From Coprobacillaceae bacterium (GTDB lineage: Bacteria; Bacillota_I; Bacilli_A; Erysipelotrichales; Coprobacillaceae), in the NCBI GenBank assembly GCA_963675915.1, contig OY780959.1:600001-632000 (forward strand): 32,000 nucleotides of DNA, written 5' to 3'. The notes below the pieces were generated by a model. The model worked only from the letters and a program-made list of their open reading frames with translations. It made no database searches and was not told the DNA's origin. A program made the translations under genes and the position numbers. Shown one piece after another: positions 19,247 to 27,069 of this stretch. Positions within the stretch are counted from its first letter, which is position 1, and the number at the start of each line of letters is the position of its first letter.

Positions 19247-21175
19247 ATGATCAAGTTGCTAAATGTCAAAGTAAAAAAGTATAAATGCATTGAAACTGAA
19301 CAAAATTTTAAGGTAGAGGATGATGTGACGGTTCTAGTTGGGATGAACGAATCAGGAAAAACAAGTGTTCTAGAAGCGATAGCTAAAGCAAATTATTTTG
19401 AAGATGACGATATTTTTAAATATAATAAAACTCATGATTATCCACGGAAACAAGTAAAATCAATTAAGAAAAATACAGATGCACCTGTGGCTGTACTCTT
19501 GTCTTATGAATTATCAGATGATTTAGTTGCGCAAATAAGCGATGATCTTGGATTGAAGATTGATTGTAAATATATTGAATATATTGCGAAATACGATAAT
19601 ACGTTCACTGTACTTGGGATAAAGCCGTTATTTTCGGTTAGAGAGTTTTTGGAATTGAAATTAGGTGGTATTAATCTCGAAAATGGTGAATTGGAAAAAA
19701 TCTATAAAGAATTTGAAGTAGTAAAAGATAAAAAAAGTTTTGGCACTACTATCAATTCTTTCAAGAGTTTTTTGCATGAAAATGGGATAACGATGCTGAC
19801 ATCACTAGAAAAATATTTTTCTAATGAAGGTAAATGGGAAAATCCTATAATTTACTATATTTGGAATTCTCATATAAAGCCAAGGATACCCAAATTCATG
19901 TATTATGATGACTACTATTCTTTGCCTTCTAGAATACCACTTGAAGATATTCAAAGGAATAATGCTTTAGAACCATCTAATAAAACGGCAAAAGCGCTAT
20001 TAGAACTTGCCGATATAGACTTAGATAATCTTCTAAAATCGGACGATTTTGAAGATTTTAAGGCTGAACTAGAAGCTACACAAGAAAATATAACCTCAGA
20101 GCTTTTTAAGTACTGGAATACTAATTCAAATCTAAGTATTAGGTTTGATGTAGACACAAAAGAAGTCACAAAGCCAAATAATCAAAAAGTAACCAAACAT
20201 ATACTTGATATAAGGGTTTGGAATGATAGAAATAGGGTATCTTTACCATTGAAGAATAGAAGTAAGGGATTTAATTGGTTTTTCTCATTTTTAGTTTGGT
20301 TTAAAAAAATCCAAGAGGATGATTCAGGTTCATTTATTTTACTATTGGATGAACCGGGCTTAAACTTGCATGCCATGGCTCAGAATGATTTATTAAGGTT
20401 TATTTACGATCTTACTTCTGAATATCAAATCATTTATACAACACATTCACCTTTTATGATTGATTCTGAAAAATTAGATAAAGTTAGGACTGTAGTTGAA
20501 AAGTCTGATGGAACTCATATTTCTGATAGCCTGCAAGAAAAAGATCCGAGCACGCTGTTTCCACTTCAAGCCGCATTAGGATACACTTTAGCGCAAAATT
20601 TATTCGTTTCACCTAATAATCTTATTGTTGAAGGGATTGCTGATTTGACATTTATAAATATTATATCTGGAGTTTTGGAGGCTAAGGGCAGGTCTGGATT
20701 AGATGGTAAAATTACTGTTGTTCCAGTAGGTGGAGCTGATAAAGTTGCAACTTTTGTTTCTTTAATGAGGGGCAATGAATTGAATGTTGTCTGCTTATTA
20801 GATACGTTTAGTGATAAATCTGCTGAAGCGCGTTTACAACATTTGGTTAAAGGAAAAATCATATCAGATAAGAAAATTATGTTTTATGATGAATTCATAG
20901 ATAGTGATTTTGCTGATGTTGAGGACTTATTTACTAAGGATGATTACTTGCATCTATATAACAATAATTTCGGTGAAAGCATATCAATCTCCGATTTGGA
21001 ACCAGATGAACCCATCCTAGATCAGATCAAAAAAATTAGAGGAGGGAAAAATTTTAATCACTATGGTCCGGCTAATTATTTAGCTAAACATATTCAGGAT
21101 GTAAATTTATCTTCTGGAACGTTGGATAGATTTGAAAAATTATTAGAAAAGGTCAATAATAAGTTTGTAAAGTAG
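19247..21175 (+). CDS. OLD-family nuclease-like protein: ABC-type ATPase + C-terminal TOPRIM (642 aa)
   Basis: The start is moved to the ATG at 19247, with RBS GAGGGG 8 nt upstream. Walker A GMNESGKTS, signature-like SKGFNWFFSF, Walker B ILLLDEPG and H-loop YTTHSP. TOPRIM-like LIVEGIADL…VVPVGGADK…CLLDTFSD (about 20609..20836). Confidence 0.8.
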   Translation: MIKLLNVKVKKYKCIETEQNFKVEDDVTVLVGMNESGKTSVLEAIAKANYFEDDDIFKYNKTHDYPRKQVKSIKKNTDAPVAVLLSYELSDDLVAQISDDLGLKIDCKYIEYIAKYDNTFTVLGIKPLFSVREFLELKLGGINLENGELEKIYKEFEVVKDKKSFGTTINSFKSFLHENGITMLTSLEKYFSNEGKWENPIIYYIWNSHIKPRIPKFMYYDDYYSLPSRIPLEDIQRNNALEPSNKTAKALLELADIDLDNLLKSDDFEDFKAELEATQENITSELFKYWNTNSNLSIRFDVDTKEVTKPNNQKVTKHILDIRVWNDRNRVSLPLKNRSKGFNWFFSFLVWFKKIQEDDSGSFILLLDEPGLNLHAMAQNDLLRFIYDLTSEYQIIYTTHSPFMIDSEKLDKVRTVVEKSDGTHISDSLQEKDPSTLFPLQAALGYTLAQNLFVSPNNLIVEGIADLTFINIISGVLEAKGRSGLDGKITVVPVGGADKVATFVSLMRGNELNVVCLLDTFSDKSAEARLQHLVKGKIISDKKIMFYDEFIDSDFADVEDLFTKDDYLHLYNNNFGESISISDLEPDEPILDQIKKIRGGKNFNHYGPANYLAKHIQDVNLSSGTLDRFEKLLEKVNNKFVK

Positions 21176-21399
21176 GATGCAGATTTGATAAAACATTGAT
21201 AATTTTGCAGCTATTTTTGCTATTCGTGTTACGTATCGTAGTTATCACGATTAAAAAGACGATAATTGCATTGCAATTGTAATATAAAAGTAGAAAAACT
21301 ACTAAGAAAATAATTGTCTTAACAGGCTTTCTACTTTTATCATGCTTAAATTTGCATGGAAGCAAATTGATGATTATATCTTGCTTGCAGTGATTGAAA

Positions 21400-21520
21400 G
21401 TAAGCGTCAAATAGATACACGGTTTAAAATTGAGTGCCTCGAGTTAGAATATCATTTTAATTTATAACAGTAGGTACTTTTTATGAATTCTCAAGAGCGT
21501 TATGATTATTAGAATGGTCT
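21400..21520 (+). mobile_element. Solo end / remnant of an IS66 #1-like element
   Basis: GTAAGCGTCAAATAGA IR plus ~105 nt matching the tnpA-proximal end of IS66 #1 (reverse complement of 2630..2747) with scattered mismatches. The tnpA start reads MNSQERYDY* (TGG changed to TAG). Similarity is lost after 21520. Confidence 0.75.
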
Positions 21521-21575
21521 GAGCTTGTCCGTTTGAGGTCCAAAAAACAGCCGCATCCCCAATTGATTACTTTTA

Positions 21576-21583
21576 GATTAACA
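21576..21583. repeat. Target-site duplication GATTAACA, left copy, IS66 #3
   Basis: Identical 8-mer at 24339..24346. Confidence 0.9.
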
Positions 21584-21630
21584 GTATGCGTCAAATAGAG
21601 CGGTGGTAGGTTGTCGAGTTCATTGATGGT

Positions 21631-21993
21631 ATGATTATCACATCGAATTGGAGGTGTGATGATTTGAATTATTCTGATGATCAGTGGCAGGTGATATTTA
21701 CTGAGGCTGCCAATAGTGATCTGACCATTAAAAATTGGTGTTTGGCTAACGATGTTTCGTACAATGCTTTTTGCTACCACAAGTATTCTAAGCCATATTT
21801 GAATCGCTCAAGAGATGAAGTTAAGGATTCTGGATTTACTACAGCTCTTGTCAGGCTGGATATTGTTGATTGCAACAGTAAGGTTGTTTCCAAGGGGTTC
21901 GATGTCAATATTGGCAAGGCTACTATTTCGGTTGACGACTCGACAGACTTGGAAACTCTGGCTAAACTGATAGGTATGATCAATGAAGCTTAG
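21631..21993 (+). CDS. tnpA: IS66 TnpA (120 aa)
   Basis: One aa difference from 12742..13104 (K versus N). Confidence 0.75.
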   Translation: MIITSNWRCDDLNYSDDQWQVIFTEAANSDLTIKNWCLANDVSYNAFCYHKYSKPYLNRSRDEVKDSGFTTALVRLDIVDCNSKVVSKGFDVNIGKATISVDDSTDLETLAKLIGMINEA

Positions 21994-22342
21994 GTTTGAA
22001 GACTTCGACAATATCTATTTGGTTCCTGGGGCAACTGATCTTAGGAAAAGCTACGCCGGGTTAAGCGCGATTGTATCCCACAGCCTGTATCTTGACCCCA
22101 CCGCCAATAACCTGTACATCTTTTGCAACAGATCCAAGAAAAGCATCAAGATGCTGGAGTTCGACAAGAACGGATTTGTCATCCACTCCAAGAAGCTGCT
22201 TAATAAAGATAAGTTCTTCTGGCCCAAGGGTGATGAAGATATCACTTCAATGGTTGTTGACATCCGTCAGTTGAGTTGGTTGCTTGATGGATTGGCAATT
22301 GAACAGAAAAGGGCATTCAAGGACATTTCAGTAATGATATAG
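21983..22342 (+). CDS. tnpB: IS66 TnpB (119 aa)
   Basis: Protein identical to 12393..12752. Confidence 0.9.
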   Translation: MKLRFEDFDNIYLVPGATDLRKSYAGLSAIVSHSLYLDPTANNLYIFCNRSKKSIKMLEFDKNGFVIHSKKLLNKDKFFWPKGDEDITSMVVDIRQLSWLLDGLAIEQKRAFKDISVMI

Positions 22343-22489
22343 CCCCTACGCATAAGATTAATTCACATTTATTTGTGGGTTTATCTTATGCCTTTTGAAG
22401 TTATTCACATCTTTTATAAATTGCCGTGAAATCAAGACTTTCAGGGCTTTTTATGCTACAATGCCACTAGTGGAAAGAGGTGGATTCAA

Positions 22490-24274
22490 GTGATCAAATT
22501 GATGGAAGATATGACAAAAGAAGAACTTATCGAAGCGTTCAAACAACGTGAACAGGAACTCTATGCCAAAATCGAATCCGACCGTATTTCAAAAGAAAAA
22601 CTTATTAAAGAAAAGAAGAATTTATCTGCCGATAATAAGAAATTGACTTCCGATATTGATAAAATGGCAGCTGAAATCAAAGAACGCAAACTTGAACTAC
22701 AACAGAAAAACGAATACATCAAATTATTGGAAAACGCCCGCTACAGCTCCCAACGCAACAATATTAAGGAATATAACCAAGGTCCTGATCTGTTTAGTCT
22801 AATCGGTGTTGATTTTGATAATGCTACTGAAACCGAAGAATTCGAAACTACGGAAATCAAAGGTTACAAAAGAAAAGTTAGAATACCTAAAGAAAAACAC
22901 ATCAATTATGACCATCTCAAAACCAATATAATTATAGAAGAAACTCCTGATGGTTTCGATATTTGTGATCTTTGTGGCACAACCATGAAAATAAAGAAGT
23001 ACGATGAAAGAAAGGAACTTGTCTATACTCCTGCCAAAGTTGAATTGAATATTTACCGTACACCGGTATACGAATGTGTTGCTTGTCAGGAACACAACTT
23101 GGAAGGTAAATCATCTTACAAGAAAGTTCCTGGAAGACAACCGGTTATCAAAGGAAGCATTGCATCGCCATCACTGATTGCAACTATAATGGACATGAAA
23201 TATTTAAAGGGTTTGCCACTGGCTGCTCAGGAAAAACGTTTCCTTGAAAATGACATCGTCATCCCTAGACAGAATATGGCCAACTGGATGATCAAGGCAT
23301 CGGTTCATCTTAACCTGTTGTTTGAGTGCATGCACAAAGACTTGTTGTCCATGGAAGTGATCCACTGCGATGAAACCACCACCCAGGTTCTAAAGGAAGA
23401 CGGCAAACCAGCGCAAAGCAAATCATATCTTTGGGTTCTACGGAGCAATCAGTATGACGAACCAATTATCTTGTACCGTTATGATCCTAGTCGTTCAAAA
23501 CGGGTTGTTGAAGACTTCATCGGTGATTACTCCCACTATCTGGTAACAGATGCCTATGGTGCTTACGAGTCGCTTGATAATGTCACCAACTGTTTTTGCC
23601 ACGTTCATGCCTTTCGCTATTTCCGGGAAGCCTTGGATGTACTGCCAAAAGGCACCGATAAAAATCAAAGTTACGAATACACTTGCTATCGCTATTACAA
23701 AAAAGTATTCGAAGCAAAAAACAAAATTGAACAGGCTGCTAAGGGAAAATACTCAAAGAACCAGGATAAATATTTCCAATATATTCATAAGGGCCGAAAT
23801 GATGTCGTAAAGCCAATCTACGATAAGTTTTTAGCGTACCTTAAAGAAATAATCCTGTTGCCCGAAGTTAATATGAAACCAACCTTGCTTAAGGCAATCA
23901 AATATCTGATGAACCACGAAAAGGAATTCGGCGAGGTATTTAATAACCCGAAAGTTCCATTCGACAATTCAAGCACGGAACGGGCTATACGACCGTTTGT
24001 CGTATCAAGGAATCGATGTAAATTCTATACAAGCCCCAAAGGAGCGCAAGCCGCAGCGATAATCTATTCGATACTGTTAAGCGCCCAGGAAAACAAGCTG
24101 TCACCGTACATGTACATGGAGTACGTACTGGAAAGGCTGCCGGGAATAGATTCTAGTGATGAAGATGAAATCAGGAAACTACTACCATACAATAAAGAAC
24201 TGCCAAGATATCTGCGTCAATTGACAGCGAAGGAAATCAAAGAACTAAAAAAAGGAATCCCAAGACGGAAATAA
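22490..24274 (+). CDS. tnpC: IS66-family transposase TnpC (594 aa)
   Basis: Near-identical to 10464..12245. GTG start with RBS AGAGGTGG upstream. Confidence 0.9.
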   Translation: MIKLMEDMTKEELIEAFKQREQELYAKIESDRISKEKLIKEKKNLSADNKKLTSDIDKMAAEIKERKLELQQKNEYIKLLENARYSSQRNNIKEYNQGPDLFSLIGVDFDNATETEEFETTEIKGYKRKVRIPKEKHINYDHLKTNIIIEETPDGFDICDLCGTTMKIKKYDERKELVYTPAKVELNIYRTPVYECVACQEHNLEGKSSYKKVPGRQPVIKGSIASPSLIATIMDMKYLKGLPLAAQEKRFLENDIVIPRQNMANWMIKASVHLNLLFECMHKDLLSMEVIHCDETTTQVLKEDGKPAQSKSYLWVLRSNQYDEPIILYRYDPSRSKRVVEDFIGDYSHYLVTDAYGAYESLDNVTNCFCHVHAFRYFREALDVLPKGTDKNQSYEYTCYRYYKKVFEAKNKIEQAAKGKYSKNQDKYFQYIHKGRNDVVKPIYDKFLAYLKEIILLPEVNMKPTLLKAIKYLMNHEKEFGEVFNNPKVPFDNSSTERAIRPFVVSRNRCKFYTSPKGAQAAAIIYSILLSAQENKLSPYMYMEYVLERLPGIDSSDEDEIRKLLPYNKELPRYLRQLTAKEIKELKKGIPRRK

Positions 24275-24338
24275 ACTGTCCCTGGATTCCTTTTCACTTA
24301 CCCTCGAATATTCTCCCACCGCTCTATTTGACGCATAC

Positions 24339-24346
24339 GATTAACA
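24339..24346. repeat. Target-site duplication GATTAACA, right copy, IS66 #3
   Basis: Identical to 21576..21583. Confidence 0.9.
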
Positions 24347-24565
24347 AATACACTTATTTAAAATAACTTGATGATTATTTATAACATTCACAAGCTACAC
24401 TTAGAAAACTATATACGTGTAAGTTTGTTGAGCAAGTTAAATAAAATTACTGTTTTTGCAGCGATAGTGTTGTTGTTTATAGAGTTGAATTCTTAATAAA
24501 TTTTTAAGATTACATAAATATAGTTAAATATTTCTAAAATTGTGCTATAATATAATAGCAAAGTA

Positions 24566-24600
24566 AAAAGAAAAAACACTTACTTCGTCAAAAGTAAGTG
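24566..24600 (-). terminator. Rho-independent terminator (minus strand), downstream of the tRNA pair
   Basis: The minus strand reads CACTTACTT-TTGACG-AAGTAAGTG followed by TTTTTTCTTTTT. Confidence 0.55.
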
Positions 24601-24722
24601 CTTGAAACAGCAATCTATAAGCCTAGATCACTGAATTATTGATGCTATTTTATAGCTTATTTATATATAATTTAGATACAAATTTTGTATCGTTATTATA
24701 TCATGGATAATAATAATAAATC

Positions 24723-24767
24723 AAATCCAGTCTAGAAACGCTGTTTCTTAATTGGATTTTTTATTTT
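24723..24767. terminator. Hairpin with flanking T/A runs (possibly a bidirectional terminator)
   Basis: AAATCCA…GAAAC-GCT-GTTTC…TGGATTT followed by TTTTTATTTT on the plus strand. It lies about 90 nt beyond the tRNA-Trp 3' end. Confidence 0.35.
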
Positions 24768-24848
24768 GTTGCAGATAAAAACTATATATCTCAACGAATT
24801 GCGGTACAAATATTACACAATATTTGGACAACACGTAAAAAATAAAGA

Positions 24849-24922
24849 TGGCAGGGGCGGCAGGAGTCGAACCCGCATCAACGGTTTTGGAGACCGGTAT
24901 TCTACCATTGAACTACGCCCCT
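24849..24922 (-). tRNA. trnW: tRNA-Trp (anticodon CCA), 3' CCA encoded
   Basis: Reverse complement: AGGGGCGTAGTTCAATGGTAGAATACCGGTCTCCAAAACCGTTGATGCGGGTTCGACTCCTGCCGCCCCTGCCA. It folds into a cloverleaf with a 7-bp acceptor stem, a TTCGA T-loop and anticodon loop CT-CCA-AA. Confidence 0.93.
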
Positions 24923-24929
24923 ATTTAAT

Positions 24930-25005
24930 TGGTGACCCGTACGGGATTCGAACCCGTGAATGCATGCGTGAAAGGCATGTGAGTTAACCGTTTCTCCAAC
25001 GGGCC
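24930..25005 (-). tRNA. trnE: tRNA-Glu (anticodon TTC), 3' CCA encoded
   Basis: Reverse complement: GGCCCGTTGGAGAAACGGTTAACTCACATGCCTTTCACGCATGCATTCACGGGTTCGAATCCCGTACGGGTCACCA. The anticodon stem is CATGC/GCATG with loop CT-TTC-AC. Confidence 0.93.
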
Positions 25006-25024
25006 AAATTTCAAGTGCCCATAA

Positions 25025-25053
25025 ATAATAACATGTGATATGGGATATGTAAA
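25025..25053 (-). promoter_or_regulatory. Promoter of the tRNA-Glu/tRNA-Trp unit
   Basis: The minus strand reads TTTACA, a 17-nt spacer, then TGT-TATTAT (extended -10). The -10 ends about 20 nt upstream of the tRNA-Glu 5' end. Confidence 0.55.
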
Positions 25054-25364
25054 GCGTTTTTGCGAAAAAATATTGAAATAATTGGATCGGTTTTCTCCTC
25101 TTTTTAAGGAGGTGAAAAGAGCTTTTGAAATTTGGTTGAATCCATCGCTGTTTATTCGCTGAGTGTTTAAAAAGCGTTACGCCATAATTGATGAAATTTT
25201 TTTTATGTATCTGTTTTTAGGTGGGATTTTCCTGGACGGATACTTTTTTTGTGTCCATGACAGCGTTTTACTGAAGTAATATAGTTATAATTGATGGATT
25301 TACTTTGATTTTATCAATTATTTATGTAATAATACTCTAGATAAAAAACTAGAGGAGATAATTA

Positions 25365-26963
25365 ATGATTTCAACACAAAATATAACATTACGATATGGT
25401 GATCGTGCTTTGTTTGAAAATGTTTCGGTTAAATTTACTGCCGGGAACTGTTATGGGATTATCGGTGCCAATGGTGCAGGTAAATCAACGTTCTTAAAAA
25501 TATTATCTGGTGAGATTGAACCAAATAAAGGTGATGTAGTCATCGAACCAAACAAACGTCTTTCATTCTTGAAACAGGATCATTTCGCTTATGATGAATA
25601 TGAAGTTGTAAAAACAGTTATCATGGGGAATAAAGAACTGTTCGACATTATGGAACAAAAAGAAGTTCTTTATGCTAAAGCTGATTTTACTGATGAAGAT
25701 GGTATCAAACTGGCTGAACTTGAAGGTGAGTTCGCTGAAATGGATGGATGGAATGCCGAAGTTGATGCGGAAATCCTGCTTAACGGTTTGGGGATTACCA
25801 GCGAATACCATTATATGAAAATGAAGGATCTTGAAGGTGGACAAAAAGTCAAAGTTCTTTTGGCTCAGGCTTTATTTGGAAACCCTGATATCCTGTTATT
25901 GGATGAGCCGACCAACCACTTGGACTTAGACAGTATCCGTTGGTTGGAAAACTATTTGCTAAACTTCCAGAACACAGTAATCGTTGTATCCCATGACCGT
26001 CATTTCCTTAACAAGGTATGTACGCATATTGCGGATATTGATTATTCTAAAATCCAACTTTACATCGGAAACTATGATTTCTGGTATGAATACAGCCAAA
26101 TGCAATTGGCTCAGGCTAAAGAAGTAAACAAAAAAGCGGAAGCTAAAAAGAAAGAACTTGAAACGTTCATCGCCCGTTTCTCGGCAAACGCATCTAAAGC
26201 CAAACAAGCAACTTCAAGAAAGAAATTGCTGGACAACCTGGAAATGGTTGATGTCAAACCTTCACTTCGTCGTTATCCGTTCATTGAATTCAAAGCGGAA
26301 CGTGAAGTCGGGAATATCATATTGAACGTTGAAAACCTGACTAAGGTGGAAGATGGACAAACAATCATCAACAATGTTTCTTTCAGTATCAATCCCAAAG
26401 AAAAAGTTGCCTTCGTTGGAGATGAAAGAGCGACAACTGCGTTCTTCAAAATCATCACTGGTGAAGATACTGACTTTGAAGGAAGCTTCAACTGGGGTGT
26501 TACAACATCTCAATCATACTTTCCAAAAGACAACTCTAAGTACTTCAATAATTCTGACTTGACTTTGATCGACTGGCTGCGCCAATTCGCAAACAAAGAC
26601 ATGTACGAACAAGACATCCGTGGATGGCTGGGAAGAATGTTGTTTAGAGGGGAAGAAGCTTTGAAAAAAGCTGATGTCCTTTCCGGAGGGGAAAAAGTTC
26701 GTTGTATGCTGGCTAAGATGATGATGAGCGAAGCCAATGTAATCATTCTTGATGAACCGACCAACCACTTGGATCTTGAAAGTATCCAAGCCTTGAATGA
26801 AGGGTTGATCCGTTTCAAGGAAAATATCCTGTTCACATCTCATGACCACCAGTTCGTTCAAACAATCGCGGATCGCGTCATCGAGTTCAACGCAGAAGGT
26901 GTTCTTGATCGTCTGGGTACATTTGATGAATATCTTGACTTTAAAGACAGCTTGAAAAAATAG
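25365..26963 (+). CDS. ABC-F family ATPase (YbiT/YkpA-like, 532 aa)
   Basis: Two ABC cassettes (GANGAGKST…LLLDEPTNHLD and LSGGEKVR…IILDEPTNHLD) joined by a charged linker (AKEVNKKAEAKKKELETFI). No transmembrane domain. RBS GGAG upstream. Confidence 0.9.
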   Translation: MISTQNITLRYGDRALFENVSVKFTAGNCYGIIGANGAGKSTFLKILSGEIEPNKGDVVIEPNKRLSFLKQDHFAYDEYEVVKTVIMGNKELFDIMEQKEVLYAKADFTDEDGIKLAELEGEFAEMDGWNAEVDAEILLNGLGITSEYHYMKMKDLEGGQKVKVLLAQALFGNPDILLLDEPTNHLDLDSIRWLENYLLNFQNTVIVVSHDRHFLNKVCTHIADIDYSKIQLYIGNYDFWYEYSQMQLAQAKEVNKKAEAKKKELETFIARFSANASKAKQATSRKKLLDNLEMVDVKPSLRRYPFIEFKAEREVGNIILNVENLTKVEDGQTIINNVSFSINPKEKVAFVGDERATTAFFKIITGEDTDFEGSFNWGVTTSQSYFPKDNSKYFNNSDLTLIDWLRQFANKDMYEQDIRGWLGRMLFRGEEALKKADVLSGGEKVRCMLAKMMMSEANVIILDEPTNHLDLESIQALNEGLIRFKENILFTSHDHQFVQTIADRVIEFNAEGVLDRLGTFDEYLDFKDSLKK

Positions 26964-26966
26964 CTC

Positions 26967-26992
26967 AAATCCTGGGAAACCAGGATTTTTTT
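26967..26992 (+). terminator. Rho-independent terminator after the ABC-F gene
   Basis: AAATCCTGG-GAAA-CCAGGATTT followed by TTTTTTATTT. Confidence 0.8.
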
Positions 26993-27002
26993 ATTTGGTA
27001 TG

Positions 27003-27053
27003 GTTTCCTGGCGAACTAAAATGGTTGCACAGGAAACTAAATAGGTGTAAGAT
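27003..27053 (+). promoter_or_regulatory. Candidate marR-operon promoter with an overlapping inverted repeat (possible MarR operator)
   Basis: TTGCAC (27025..27030), a 17-nt spacer, then TAAGAT (27048..27053). A perfect 8-bp inverted repeat GTTTCCTG (27003..27010) / CAGGAAAC (27030..27037) overlaps the -35. Confidence 0.35.
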
Positions 27054-27069
27054 AAGGCGAGGTGAAAAT

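Larger units (their letters stand above)
21584..24338 (+). mobile_element. IS66-family insertion sequence #3 (2755 bp), an inverted near-identical copy of #2
   Basis: Perfect 23-bp IRs GTATGCGTCAAATAGAGCGGTGG, tnpA-tnpB-tnpC on the plus strand, and an 8-bp TSD. Confidence 0.93.

Noticed and set aside
16303-21175. A canonical Gabija (GajA/GajB) call
   Set aside because: The gene order is reversed. The helicase is 907 aa with RecD/Dda-type SF1B motifs and a large extra N-terminal region, whereas GajB is a ~500-aa UvrD-like protein. It is kept as a Gabija-like hypothesis only.
10396-24338. A single composite transposon (IS66-cassette-IS66) that inserted as one unit
   Set aside because: A composite insertion would leave one shared TSD at the two outer ends. 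Instead each IS has its own matching 8-bp TSD on both of its sides (TTTTAATG and GATTAACA), which indicates two independent insertions.
24676-24692. The perfect palindrome GATACAAA-T-TTTGTATC as an operator or att core
   Set aside because: It is isolated, short and AT-rich, in a non-coding AT-rich tract. No partner gene or repeat copy was seen.
24766-24987. The 73-aa plus-strand ORF
   Set aside because: It lies antisense across two well-folding tRNA genes, so it is spurious.
25365-26963. The ABC-F protein as an antibiotic-resistance (ARE) ribosomal-protection factor
   Set aside because: It sits in the GC-richer core part. I could read no leader peptide or attenuator in its short, plain upstream region, and its length and linker look like housekeeping YbiT/YkpA-type ABC-F proteins. 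ARE status cannot be excluded without phylogeny.
26995-27069. An upstream alternative start for the MarR ORF
   Set aside because: The extension overlaps the ABC-F terminator tail and the promoter-like region and has no RBS. The ATG at 27070 has GAGGTG upstream and gives a normal ~156-aa MarR length.
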